A stretch of 64,000 nucleotides of DNA from the NCBI GenBank assembly GCA_017454815.1, contig JAFTCG010000044.1:2507-66506 (forward strand), read 5' to 3'. Below the pieces are notes generated by a model. That model saw only the letters and a program-made list of their open reading frames with translations. It searched no databases and was not told where the DNA came from. Positions 26,543 to 35,715 of the stretch are shown piece by piece; the first letter of the stretch is position 1; each line of letters starts with the position of its first letter. The stretch is from Clostridia bacterium. GTDB taxonomy: Bacteria > Bacillota > Clostridia > Oscillospirales > Acutalibacteraceae. The position numbers were made by a program, and so were the translations under genes.

Positions 26543-27433
26543 ATGGAAACAAAAACCGCTTTTATCGCGATAGTCGGAAAACCGAACGTCGGAAAGTCGT
26601 CGATCCTCAACAGACTTCTCGGCAAAAAAATTGCGATCGTTTCAAGCAAACCGCAGACCACAAGAACAAAAATCGTCGGCGTTTTGACCGAAGACAACGT
26701 CCAGCTCGTTTTCACGGACACGCCCGGCTATCACCGTCCTCGCACAAAGCTCGGTGAAAAAATGGTGAAAGCCGTCGGCGACAGCATCAACGGCGTTGAC
26801 GCCTGTCTTTTCGTGGTTGAGCCTGCGGACGAACTTAGAGACACCGAGCTTGAGCTGCTTGAACGATTCCGGAAGGAAAAAATGCCCGTTGTCCTTGCGG
26901 TCAACAAGGTCGATCTTCTCGCCGACAAGGACGAGCTTTTCGCCCAGATTGCAAAGCTGAGCATGCTCTACGATTTTGAAGCCGTTGTCCCTGTCTCCGC
27001 AATTGAAGGCGACAACATGGACGCCCTCAAGCAGGAGCTGATGAAGCTATCTTTTGAGTCGATCCACTTTTTCCCGGACGATACTCTCACCGATCAGCCG
27101 GAGCGAGTTATCGCGGCGGAGATCATCAGGGAAAAGATCCTTCGCAACATGGACAAGGAAATACCTCACGGGATCGCCGTTTCGATTGAAAAAATGCGCG
27201 AGCGCGAGGACGGTTCGATAACCGATGTCGACGCTGTCATTTATTGCGAAAAGGACAGCCACAAGGGCATGATCATCGGCAAACAGGGCTCCATGCTCAA
27301 AAAGATCTCCACCCAGGCGCGCCTTGACATGGAAAGATTTTTTTCATGCCGCATCAATCTTCGCTGCTGGGTAAAAGTCAAAGAAGGCTGGCGCAACCGC
27401 GAAGGATTGATCCACAACTTCGGGCTTGACTGA
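26543..27433 (+). CDS. era: GTPase Era
   Basis: G1 GKPNVGKSS, DTPG, NKVD and a C-terminal KH domain. Start METKTAF; the longest ORF begins at 26510. Confidence 0.95.
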   Translation: METKTAFIAIVGKPNVGKSSILNRLLGKKIAIVSSKPQTTRTKIVGVLTEDNVQLVFTDTPGYHRPRTKLGEKMVKAVGDSINGVDACLFVVEPADELRDTELELLERFRKEKMPVVLAVNKVDLLADKDELFAQIAKLSMLYDFEAVVPVSAIEGDNMDALKQELMKLSFESIHFFPDDTLTDQPERVIAAEIIREKILRNMDKEIPHGIAVSIEKMREREDGSITDVDAVIYCEKDSHKGMIIGKQGSMLKKISTQARLDMERFFSCRINLRCWVKVKEGWRNREGLIHNFGLD

Positions 27434-27490
27434 TTTTTCCATTTGTTTTTTATCCGTTTTTCGGGAAAACTATTCCCGGAGGCGATACGG

Positions 27491-27670
27491 ATGGACGAAA
27501 AAAACGAACTTTGGAATGTATTCGCAAACAGCGGCAGGGTTGACGATTATCTGAAATACCGTCAATCTGTCGGCGAGACGGAGGAACGCAATGTCATTGA
27601 ACACTCAGGGCATCGTGATCCGGGAGCAGACTCTTCGGGAGAACGACAGAATGATCTCGATCCTGACTAA
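27491..27670 (+). CDS. yqzL: YqzL-like small protein
   Basis: MDEKNELWNVFANSGRVDDYLKYRQ... resembles the small YqzL protein found between era and recO in Bacilli. GGAGG RBS 9 nt upstream. Its tail overlaps recO by 80 nt in another frame. Confidence 0.5.
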   Translation: MDEKNELWNVFANSGRVDDYLKYRQSVGETEERNVIEHSGHRDPGADSSGERQNDLDPD

Positions 27671-28343
27671 GGATCACGGGGTCGTGCGCGCCTATGTCTT
27701 CGGCGCAAAGAAGCCCGGCGGCAGGCTTTCTTCTTCCACGCAGCTTTTCGCTTTTTCGGATTTCAGCCTGAACAAAAAGAACGATTTTTATACTGTTGAC
27801 CACGCTGTTGCAAAGGAGGTTTTCTTCGAGCTGAGGAACAACATCGAAGCCATTGCGCTTGCGCAGTATTTTGCCCAGCTCGAAGAGGAGTTTGCTTCGT
27901 CCTCCGAGGGGAATTCCGAATATCTCCGCCTTATGCTCAACAGTTTACATATCCTTTGCAAAAACAAACGCCCGTTCCCCCAGGTCAAAGCCGTTTTTGA
28001 GCTGCGGCTGATGTGCCTGAGCGGATATATGCCCGACATTATGATGTGTTCAAGTTGCGGAAAATACGAGGACGAAACCATGTTCTTCAACCTTGCGGAC
28101 ACAACGCTTTTGTGCAAAACCTGCTCCGACGGCTCCGGAAGGCAGATCGACCTCGGGCTGTTGAGGTCGCTGCGCCACGTCTGCTACAGCGACCACGAAA
28201 AAATTTTCAACTTCTCGCTCTCGGACGAGGGTTATGAGAAAATGTCCTCCCTGACGCAGGACTATCTTCTCCTCAAAGCAAAACGAACATTCAAAACGCT
28301 TGATTTTTACAACGCTCTGACAAGGGGTGACATATCGACATGA
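27591..28343 (+). CDS. recO: DNA repair protein RecO
   Basis: 250 aa with an OB-fold N-terminus (GIVIREQTLRENDRMISILT) and the zinc motif CSSCG...CKTC. Confidence 0.9.
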   Translation: MSLNTQGIVIREQTLRENDRMISILTKDHGVVRAYVFGAKKPGGRLSSSTQLFAFSDFSLNKKNDFYTVDHAVAKEVFFELRNNIEAIALAQYFAQLEEEFASSSEGNSEYLRLMLNSLHILCKNKRPFPQVKAVFELRLMCLSGYMPDIMMCSSCGKYEDETMFFNLADTTLLCKTCSDGSGRQIDLGLLRSLRHVCYSDHEKIFNFSLSDEGYEKMSSLTQDYLLLKAKRTFKTLDFYNALTRGDIST

Positions 28344-30736
28344 CATACGACAGAAAAAAACATTATAATTGCCTTGAACTGCCCAAAGTGCTCGAGCTGC
28401 TCGCGGATCTCACCTGTTGCGAGGACGCGCGCGAGTTTTCTCTTTCCATCGAGCCGCAGACAAATCTTTCGCTGGCGAAGGCTTTGCTCGCGCAGACAAG
28501 GGACGCCCATATGCTACTCGCCCGTTTCGGCGGGCCTTCTTTCGGCGGGCTGAAGAACGTTGACGGTGCTTTGAGCCGTGCGGCGGCGGGGAGCACGCTT
28601 TCGATGAAAGAACTGCTCGACGTTGCCGGCGTTTTGCGCGCAATACGCTCCGTGTTTTCCTACCGCGAGACCAACGGCGGGGATGACACTGTGCTGGACG
28701 TCTTTTTCGGAAGCCTCCGGCCAAACAGCTTCCTTGAAACCTCGATCACTTCCGCCATCATCTCTGAAGACGAAATGTCCGACAACGCTTCTCCCGCGCT
28801 CGCAAAAATTCGCCGCGACATCCGCATTAAAGAATCTTCCGTCAGGGAAAAGCTCGAAAAACTCGTTCGATCCAATTCCCAGAAATATCTCCAGGAAAAC
28901 ATAATCACCATGAGAAACGGCAGATACGTTGTTCCGGTGAAGAACGAATACCGCTCCGAGATCGCGGGGCTTGTCCACGACACCTCGTCGAGCGGCGCCA
29001 CTGTTTTCATCGAGCCCGTCGCAGTTGTCGAAGCCAATAATGACATCAAGATCCTGCGTTCCGATGAAGTCGACGAGATGGAACGGATCCTCGCTCAGCT
29101 TTCGAGCGACGTTGGTGATTTTGCGGAAACTATTAAATCAAGCTATGAATGCGCGGTTGAGCTTAACGTCATTTTTTCCAAGGCGCAGCTTGCCTACAAG
29201 ATGAAAGCGACCTTTCCGGAGTTCAACGACAACGGTATAATCGATCTGAAACAGGCTCGTCACCCTCTCATCGACCCGAAAAAAGTCGTCCCTGTTGACA
29301 TCCGGCTCGGCGAAGAATTTGACACTCTTGTCATAACCGGTCCCAACACCGGCGGCAAAACCGTTGCCATTAAAACCATCGGACTGCTGACTCTTATGGC
29401 GATGTGCGGGCTGATGCTTCCCGTCAACGACAAGAGCCGTATTTCCGTTTTTGACCACGTCCTTGCGGACATCGGCGACGAGCAAAGCATCGAGCAATCC
29501 CTTTCCACTTTCAGCTCCCACATGACGAACATAATCGAAATGCAAAAAATCGCCGACGAAAAAAGTCTTGTGCTCATCGACGAACTCGGCGCGGGAACTG
29601 ACCCCGTCGAAGGAGCTGCTCTTGCGACAGCAATACTCGAAGACCTGCATTTTAAGGGCTCAAAGATCGCCGCAACAACACACTATGCAGAGCTGAAGAT
29701 CTACGCCCTCGAAAGTCCTCGCATCGAAAACGGCTCGTGCGAATTTGACGTTTCGACTCTCCGCCCGACTTATCGCCTGCTTATCGGCATCCCCGGCAAA
29801 TCCAACGCATTTGCGATCAGCGAAAAGCTCGGCATGGAAAAGCACATCGTTGAGCGCGGCGAAGAGCTTGTCTCTTCCGAAAGCAAAGCGTTTGAAAACG
29901 TCGTCGACAAACTGGAAAGCACAAGAAAAAGCCTTGAAACAGAGCTCAACAAAGCCGACGACGAGCTGCGCAAGGCTCAGGCGATGAAAGAGCAGGCGCA
30001 GGAGGAGCTTCAAAGGATCGAAAAGCTTCGCAAGAACGAGCTTGACGCCGCCAAAAACAGCGCAACCAAAATCGTCGAGCAGGCAAAACGTGAGGCTTAC
30101 GCTATGCTTGAAGAGCTTGAAAAGCTCAAAAAGGAGCAGAAAAGCAAAAACGCCGACGAGCTTCTTCGTCAGGCGAGGGCTGCGGTCAAAAAAGGTGTTG
30201 ACTCTCTCTACGACGCCGCAGATCCCGTTGTGACAAGGTTTGAAAGCGACGAAAACTACGTCCTGCCCCGTCCCCTCCTGCCGGGCGACAGCGTACTGAT
30301 CTACGACATCAACGAAACTGCAACCGTCGTGAGCGTCGACGAAAAGAAAAAGACCGCCGAAGTCCTTGCCGGCAGCCTGAAAACAAGGGTAAAGATCTCA
30401 AACCTTCGACTTCTTGACAAAAAACCGAAGCCGAAAAACGACAAGCCTCGCAACGTTTCCTCGTCGAGCTTTGAAAACAGACGCGACTCAAAAGCCGAAA
30501 CGAAGGTCGACCTGAGGGGCATGACCGCCGACGAAGCGATCGACACGCTCGACAAATATATCGACACCGCCTACCGTCTCGGCATCGGAGAATTTACCGT
30601 CGTCCACGGCAAAGGTACCGGCGTGCTGAGGAAGGCTGTCAACCAATATCTCAGGAGCAACTCCTACATTAAATCTTACCGACTCGGCGTTTACGGCGAA
30701 GGCGAAGACGGCGTAACGATCGTAACGCTCAGATAG
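28340..30736 (+). CDS. mutS2: Endonuclease MutS2
   Basis: 798 aa with Walker A GPNTGGKT, DELGAGTDP and a C-terminal Smr domain (DLRGM...VVHGKGTGVLR). Confidence 0.95.
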   Translation: MTYDRKKHYNCLELPKVLELLADLTCCEDAREFSLSIEPQTNLSLAKALLAQTRDAHMLLARFGGPSFGGLKNVDGALSRAAAGSTLSMKELLDVAGVLRAIRSVFSYRETNGGDDTVLDVFFGSLRPNSFLETSITSAIISEDEMSDNASPALAKIRRDIRIKESSVREKLEKLVRSNSQKYLQENIITMRNGRYVVPVKNEYRSEIAGLVHDTSSSGATVFIEPVAVVEANNDIKILRSDEVDEMERILAQLSSDVGDFAETIKSSYECAVELNVIFSKAQLAYKMKATFPEFNDNGIIDLKQARHPLIDPKKVVPVDIRLGEEFDTLVITGPNTGGKTVAIKTIGLLTLMAMCGLMLPVNDKSRISVFDHVLADIGDEQSIEQSLSTFSSHMTNIIEMQKIADEKSLVLIDELGAGTDPVEGAALATAILEDLHFKGSKIAATTHYAELKIYALESPRIENGSCEFDVSTLRPTYRLLIGIPGKSNAFAISEKLGMEKHIVERGEELVSSESKAFENVVDKLESTRKSLETELNKADDELRKAQAMKEQAQEELQRIEKLRKNELDAAKNSATKIVEQAKREAYAMLEELEKLKKEQKSKNADELLRQARAAVKKGVDSLYDAADPVVTRFESDENYVLPRPLLPGDSVLIYDINETATVVSVDEKKKTAEVLAGSLKTRVKISNLRLLDKKPKPKNDKPRNVSSSSFENRRDSKAETKVDLRGMTADEAIDTLDKYIDTAYRLGIGEFTVVHGKGTGVLRKAVNQYLRSNSYIKSYRLGVYGEGEDGVTIVTLR

Positions 30737-31334
30737 CGCCCGTCCTGAAAAACAAAAAAGCGCAAAGGTAGCACGCTATGAGCAAAAGCGAAAAATTATA
30801 CCCGCTTTTGATCAAAACATAAAACCCCGCAACGGCGATGGGAAACAAAAAAACAAGCGAAGAAATTTTCAGAATTTTCTCTGTTTTTTCTTCGCTCATT
30901 TTTTGCATTAAAATATATCTCACAGCTCGGTATCCGTCAAGAGGCTCGCAGACAGCCATGTTCAGCGTCCCAAGAACAATGTTGATCGCAACGAACGCCG
31001 AAAGGTTTGCGCCGGAATATTTTTGTATCAAAGCCGCCGTCAATGCAAGAAAAAAGTTTGTCATCGGCCCCGCCAGAGCGATCAATGCTTCCTTTAGGAA
31101 GTCCACTGAGTTCATTTCTTTCCTGTCTATTCGCAGCCCGAAAGGAGTAAAGCATATTTCTTTCGGTCTCTCTCGCGACAGCGCCATCGCCGCGATATGT
31201 CCGCACTCATGCAATGCGGCACACAACAGGTTTATGCAGATTATGTTTGTCCTGTCAAACAGCGAAACCACGCAAAGCCCCAGCGCAAAGAAAAAGCTGA
31301 TTTTGATTTTTGTGCCCTTAAACTTCAGTTCCAT
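30729..31334 (-). CDS. M50 site-2 protease family membrane metalloprotease (SpoIVFB-like, no CBS domain)
   Basis: HECGH (HExxH) in a TM helix plus NMAVCEPLDG (NxxPxxxLDG). 201 aa. Confidence 0.75.
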   Translation of the reverse strand: MELKFKGTKIKISFFFALGLCVVSLFDRTNIICINLLCAALHECGHIAAMALSRERPKEICFTPFGLRIDRKEMNSVDFLKEALIALAGPMTNFFLALTAALIQKYSGANLSAFVAINIVLGTLNMAVCEPLDGYRAVRYILMQKMSEEKTEKILKISSLVFLFPIAVAGFYVLIKSGYNFSLLLIACYLCAFLFFRTGAI

Positions 31335-32157
31335 TGTTTTCGATGACGTACAAGGGGTTTACTTTTTTCCCGTTAATTTCAATTATAAAATGAAGATGCG
31401 GCCCCGTCGACATCCCCGTCGATCCAACGCGGGCGATCGTCTCGCCTTTTCTGACTTTTTCTCCCTCTTTCACAAGTATTTCGGAGCAATGAAAATATCT
31501 CGTTACCAATCCGCCGGAATGGGTGAGCACAACGTAGTTGCCCGCCGCGCTGTCGTAACCTGCGCCCGAAACAGTGCCGTAGTAAGCCGCCTTGATCTTT
31601 TCGCCATAGCCCGCGGCGATGTCAACGCCCGAATGAAAGCTATGAACTCCCGTGATCGGGTTTATCCTGTAACCGAAAGGCGAGCTGATCCTGCCGCTTA
31701 CCGGCGTGCAGATCGTAGATGAGACCAAAAACGGACAAAACGCCGTCGTGTTCGTCGGCGCATAAACCTGTTCATCGTCGCCACCCTTTCCCAATGCGTC
31801 GTCCGGCTTTTCATCAAGATTTACTGTTCCAACGCTAAGCAATTCCGCAGGATTTTTTTCGTCTTTTTTGATTATCGTTTTTGCTGCACTCTTTACCTCC
31901 TGCCAGAGCTGTGAAACGGACATATCCCTTGAAGTTATCCGCTCATATCCCTGCCGGAGCGAAGAAAACCCGTTGCCGCCCGTGCGGCTTATGAAGAATA
32001 CGAACAAAATCATCACTGTGCACAAAATCAGTTGTGTGACCATCATTCTTGCGATGCGGTCTTCTTTTTTTTCTTCTTTTTTTCTGCCCCTTCGTTCGCG
32101 GAGTTGTTCGCCGCCGCGTTCATTGATCTCGTCCATTGGTCCCGTCCTCCCGTGCAA
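31318..32157 (-). CDS. M23 (LytM-type) metallopeptidase, membrane anchored
   Basis: HSGVDIAA (HxxxD) and GPHLHF (HxH) are intact, and there is an N-terminal TM segment. Overlaps the M50 gene by 17 nt, analogous to spoIVFA-spoIVFB order. Confidence 0.8.
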   Translation of the reverse strand: MHGRTGPMDEINERGGEQLRERRGRKKEEKKEDRIARMMVTQLILCTVMILFVFFISRTGGNGFSSLRQGYERITSRDMSVSQLWQEVKSAAKTIIKKDEKNPAELLSVGTVNLDEKPDDALGKGGDDEQVYAPTNTTAFCPFLVSSTICTPVSGRISSPFGYRINPITGVHSFHSGVDIAAGYGEKIKAAYYGTVSGAGYDSAAGNYVVLTHSGGLVTRYFHCSEILVKEGEKVRKGETIARVGSTGMSTGPHLHFIIEINGKKVNPLYVIENNGTEV

Positions 32158-32262
32158 AAATTGCTGTCGTCGCAGTGCCTTTCGTGCAACGCCGCTTCAG
32201 ATCGCGCCGTTTTCGCTTTCCGAGCGGGCATTATGTTTTTCGGCAGGGAGCAAACAGCTTCC

Positions 32263-32304
32263 CGAAAAAATAACTCCCGCACCAAAATTTATATGTGCGG
32301 GAGT
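32263..32304 (-). terminator. Terminator downstream of the dCMP deaminase gene
   Basis: Stem ACTCCCGCAC / GTGCGGGAGT with a 12-nt loop and a T-run on the minus strand. Confidence 0.65.
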
Positions 32305-32321
32305 TTTGAATTATTCTTTTG

Positions 32322-32822
32322 TTATACGCTTTCGGCTCTGAAGTCGATCGTCATCTCTTCCGGCGTTCCGGTCAGCTGAACGTATTCCACGCCGGCGGCG
32401 TCAAACAGTCTTTTCGAAGCTCTCGTGCCGACGGTGTCGCGGTATTTGTCGGAAAGATAATATACTTTTCGGATCCCACTCTGGATGATGGCTTTTGCGC
32501 ATTCGTTGCACGGGAAAAGCGGAACGTAGATCTTGCATCCCGACAGGCTGGATCCTCCGCTGTGGTTGAGGATCGCGTTGAGTTCGGCATGGCAGACATA
32601 AGGGTATTTTGTGTCGTACTCGTCCCCTTCCCTTGCCCACGGAAACTCGTCATCGCTGCATCCGATCGGAAAACCGTTGTAGCCGACTGACATGATTTTG
32701 TTGTTTTGGTCGACGATGCATGCGCCGACCTGCGTGTTGGGATCCTTGCTTCTTTTCGCGGAAAGGAGAGCGATCCCCATAAAATATTCGTCCCAGGATA
32801 TATATCCTTTTCTCTTGTCCAA
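32322..32822 (-). CDS. comEB: dCMP (deoxycytidylate) deaminase, ComEB family
   Basis: HAELNAI and PCNECAK zinc motifs. Confidence 0.9.
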   Translation of the reverse strand: MDKRKGYISWDEYFMGIALLSAKRSKDPNTQVGACIVDQNNKIMSVGYNGFPIGCSDDEFPWAREGDEYDTKYPYVCHAELNAILNHSGGSSLSGCKIYVPLFPCNECAKAIIQSGIRKVYYLSDKYRDTVGTRASKRLFDAAGVEYVQLTGTPEEMTIDFRAESV

Positions 32823-32949
32823 AAAATCACATCCTTTTTTTCAGTATAACATATTAAAACTGCAAAATCAATTTTTATTTGGAGATCTGTTTATTTTGCC
32901 GCAAAAATGTGGTACAATATATTTATCATCCAATCGAAAGGTGAAAAAC

Positions 32950-33168
32950 ATGAGTTATTTCAGCGTTGACAGATTTGAAGATAATTATGCCGTCCTCGTT
33001 GACGAAAACGGCGATTCTGCGCCGGTAGAAAGATCCCTGCTTCCGTTTGAAGCAAAAGAAGGCAGCGTTCTGAAGCTTGATGACGGCGAATATTTCCTCG
33101 ACCGAAAAGAGGAGTCGGCCCGGCGAAAAAAGATCCTTTCTCTTCAAAACAAACTCTTCAAAGAATGA
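32950..33168 (+). CDS. DUF3006-like small protein
   Basis: MSYFSVDRFEDNYAVLVDENGD...VLKLDDGEYFLD pattern. RBS AAAGGTGA. Family assignment is from memory. Confidence 0.55.
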   Translation: MSYFSVDRFEDNYAVLVDENGDSAPVERSLLPFEAKEGSVLKLDDGEYFLDRKEESARRKKILSLQNKLFKE

Positions 33169-33246
33169 TTTCCCGAAACTTTTGTTTGACTTGCACGTGG
33201 TTTTGTGTTAATATCTACTGTGCGGTTTTTGAAAGGAAAGAGAAAA

Positions 33247-33693
33247 ATGAGTTGTTTTGAAATCAAAGAAACGGACGATTTCCTGTCCCTGTCGACGTTG
33301 TTTCACAACAGCGGCATGGGCGTCAAAATCGAGGAAAGATGCCCCGACAGGATCGTCAGAATGTGGCGCATGGACGACAAAGAGACCGGCGAGCTTATGG
33401 CGGCTGTAACGCTTGAGATCCGCGACGGCGTCTTCACCCTGGGCGATATCGCCGTCAGAGACGATCTTCACCACCTGGGTTACGGGAAAGTGATGCTCGG
33501 CGTCGTCTATGAGGAAGCAAAGCGCAGAAACATCTGCGAGCTTTGGGCTTGCGCGAAAGAACCGGAATTCTACGCCCATAACGGCTGGAGGAGAATGGAT
33601 TGGGATTCGTCTCCGAATATTGCAATCTACTGCACGTCGTGCGAAAAACGCAACTTCGTCTGTCACCCGGAAATTATGAAATATGTTCTTTAA
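33247..33693 (+). CDS. GNAT-family N-acetyltransferase
   Basis: The (I/V)AVRDDLHHLGYGKVML segment matches acetyl-CoA-binding motif A (Q/RxxGxG/A). Confidence 0.7.
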   Translation: MSCFEIKETDDFLSLSTLFHNSGMGVKIEERCPDRIVRMWRMDDKETGELMAAVTLEIRDGVFTLGDIAVRDDLHHLGYGKVMLGVVYEEAKRRNICELWACAKEPEFYAHNGWRRMDWDSSPNIAIYCTSCEKRNFVCHPEIMKYVL

Positions 33694-33699
33694 ACCAAT

Positions 33700-33738
33700 A
33701 ATTCTCCGTATGGTTATCCGTACGGAGAATTGTTTTGC
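33700..33738. terminator. Terminator between the GNAT gene and ribU
   Basis: Stem ATTCTCCGTA / TACGGAGAAT followed by a TGTTTTGCATTTTT run. Confidence 0.6.
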
Positions 33739-33784
33739 ATTTTTGGATATTTGTTTTAGACGTTTGTTTGATCGTCAACCCTTT

Positions 33785-34459
33785 TCAGAACGAAAGCACG
33801 CCCGCAAAAAGCAGAAGTACGATCACCAGCGTCACCGCCAGCACGGCGGAAATGCATACGATCAGTATAGTGTTGCCTTTTTTGTTCTCGCCGTCATTGG
33901 ACTCCCTCTCCGGGATCAGCTTTGATTTGCGCAACGCGGTGGCAACGCCTTTGTACAAAAAGAGCGTCAACGCAGCGTTGAGGAAAGCTTTGATCAGGTT
34001 AAACGGGATGAGCAGCGGCAAAAACATCGCCAGCACCTGCTCGCGGGGGACGTTCATATAGATGGGCGTGATAATGTAATTCCAAAGCAGCATTATCACA
34101 AGCATTGATATCGCACCGGAAATCAGTCCAATCACCGCACGCGACAGCGTTTTCTTCCGATGATAGATCACTGCGCTTACCCCGACAAAAAATGCGGAGG
34201 AAAGAAAGTTCATCAACAGCCCTATCCATCCGGTGGCGCTCACGGTAATCATTTCAATCAGGCACACAAGCAGCGACATGGCGATGCCCGTGATCGGTCC
34301 GAAAAGAAAACCGCCGATGCACAGCACAACGTCCTTCGGCTCGTACGTCAGAAAACCTCCTATTCCGGGCACACGCAGGAAAATGTCTGCGGCGATCGCC
34401 AGCGCACAGAGGATAGCCATTACGGCTATGTTTCTTGTTTTTTTCACGTCCTGACTCAT
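33785..34459 (-). CDS. ribU: ECF-transporter S component, riboflavin (RibU-type)
   Basis: Polytopic 224-aa protein directly downstream of an FMN riboswitch. The ATG at 34459 lies 10 nt after AAGGAG. There is an extra C-terminal TM segment after a charged linker. Confidence 0.8.
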   Translation of the reverse strand: MSQDVKKTRNIAVMAILCALAIAADIFLRVPGIGGFLTYEPKDVVLCIGGFLFGPITGIAMSLLVCLIEMITVSATGWIGLLMNFLSSAFFVGVSAVIYHRKKTLSRAVIGLISGAISMLVIMLLWNYIITPIYMNVPREQVLAMFLPLLIPFNLIKAFLNAALTLFLYKGVATALRKSKLIPERESNDGENKKGNTILIVCISAVLAVTLVIVLLLFAGVLSF

Positions 34460-34540
34460 GTTAACCATCTCCTTTGCCGGACTGAGTCGTTCCGGCAGTA
34501 TTCGCTTTTGCCCGGCACGCAACGTACATTTGAGCGCTGA

Positions 34541-34722
34541 ACAAAAAAATCCTGCAAGACAAAACTTGCAGGACATTTTTCACTCGGAAAAACGACAACT
34601 TCTTTCATCCGGACTTTACCGTCGGCTTCGGAATTGCACCGAATCAGCCAAAATGGCTCGTGGGCTTTACCACCGGTAGGGACTCGCACCCTGCCTCCAA
34701 AGTTTCGCTTGTTACACACATT
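34541..34722 (-). ncRNA. FMN riboswitch (RFN element) with terminator expression platform
   Basis: Reverse strand reads GGAGGCAGGGTGCGAGTCCCTACCGGTGGTAAAGCCCACGAGCC...GGTGCAATTCCGAAGCCGACGGTAAAGTCCGGATGAAAGAAG. This is followed by the hairpin GTCCTGCAAG/CTTGCAGGAT plus T7 (34543-34575). Confidence 0.85.
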
Positions 34723-34747
34723 ATACCACCGTTTTGCCCTTTGTCAA
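34720..34747 (-). promoter_or_regulatory. Promoter of the FMN riboswitch-ribU unit
   Basis: Reverse strand reads TTGACA (34742-34747), 16 nt, then TATAAT (34720-34725). Confidence 0.55.
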
Positions 34748-34753
34748 GAGCAA

Positions 34754-34969
34754 TCAGTCAAGAAATTCAACAACGTCGGCGACTGTTTTGAATTTTTCGA
34801 GCGCCTCATCGGGCACCTCAACGGAAAACTCGTCTTCGAGCGTCATCGCAAGGTCGATCATATCTATATAATCTGCGTCAAGGTCCTCCTCAAACTGCGT
34901 CTTGAGGGTGATGAATTCCTCGTCCGTTTCAAACTGGTCGCAAAGTATCTTCCTGATTTTTTCAAACAT
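34754..34969 (-). CDS. Acyl-carrier-protein homologue lacking the phosphopantetheine-attachment serine
   Basis: 71 aa that aligns along its whole length to AcpP. [20 protein letters not shown] corresponds to DLDADYIDMIDLAMTLEDEF, with codon TAT at the Ser position. AAGGAGA RBS 8 nt upstream. Confidence 0.8.
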   Translation of the reverse strand: MFEKIRKILCDQFETDEEFITLKTQFEEDLDADYIDMIDLAMTLEDEFSVEVPDEALEKFKTVADVVEFLD

Positions 34970-35320
34970 TTCCGATCTCTCCTTGTTTTATCATTTCGCT
35001 TTATGTTGAACAAACAACTGATAATATTGTCACTTTCGAGGACTGTATCAACAAACAAGCTGTAAACAATTTGAACTTTTACAGCCCTTTATATTATGTA
35101 TATGTTGATGTCAAAAAATGTTCCTTTCCGAAAACTTTTTGAAAAAGCGGTTTAGGACGACGTCGCATTTCCGAAATTTGATTTGTAACAAATTGTAACC
35201 GAAGTTTTTGCAAGATTTGGTTTTTGTTCTTGCATTTTTTGAAATTTACAATTTTTGGTGTCCGAAAAAACGTATCACAAAATTCAAAAATTCTGTTTGT
35301 AAAGTCGTTTTCCTTGCGCC

Positions 35321-35463
35321 TGTGGAAAAATCGGTGGAAAAAGTGGAAAACCCCTTATTTTCCGTTATTTTTTTTTCCAATTTTTAACTTTTTCCTGTAA
35401 AGTTTCTCACTTTACACCGAATTTTCCACCGATTTTTTGTTTTAACCTTAATTTTTATCCATT
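35321..35463. promoter_or_regulatory. Orphan cluster of DnaA-box-like 9-mers in both orientations
   Basis: Reverse-orientation boxes are TGTGGAAAA (35321-29), GGTGGAAAA (35333-41) and AGTGGAAAA (35342-50). Forward boxes are TTTTCCACC (35422-30) and TTATCCATT (35455-63). The consensus is TTATCCACA, and each box has 1-2 mismatches. Confidence 0.5.
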
Positions 35464-35674
35464 ATTCATTTGCAAGATTGATCGGGAATTTATCTTTATT
35501 TAAGAATTCAGACGGCAGTTTTCCGTTTGTCAAGGAACAATTTGGTTACAAAATTGGTTTAATTTTTAACAGATAATTGCAAGATGTTTTGTTTAGCGTT
35601 TCATTATCGCAAATTTCGACTTTTTGTATCATTTGATTAAAAATTTGTCGGATTTTTGGTGAAAAAGTAGAATT

Positions 35675-35715
35675 TTTCAAAACGATCGCCGCCTGAAAAC
35701 AGACGGCGGTTCGAT
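35675..35715 (-). terminator. metK terminator
   Basis: Hairpin ATCG-CCGCC / GGCGG-(TT)-CGAT 8 nt after the metK stop, followed by a T-rich tract on the minus strand. Confidence 0.5.

Noticed and set aside
27443-27490. A 16-codon upstream extension of the yqzL-like ORF (MFFIRFSGKLFPEAIR).
   Set aside because: There is no RBS for the upstream start, whereas the ATG at 27491 is preceded by GGAGG at ideal spacing.
33184-33200. A CACGTG-centred sequence (CTTGCACGTGGTTTTG) checked as a possible third parS.
   Set aside because: The flanking arms do not match TGTTN / AAACA. Only the central hexamer is shared.
35102-35155. A small ORF (MLMSKNVPFRKLFEKAV) within the 35-kb non-coding region.
   Set aside because: It has no RBS, is only 17 codons long in AT-rich sequence, and there is no supporting evidence for it.
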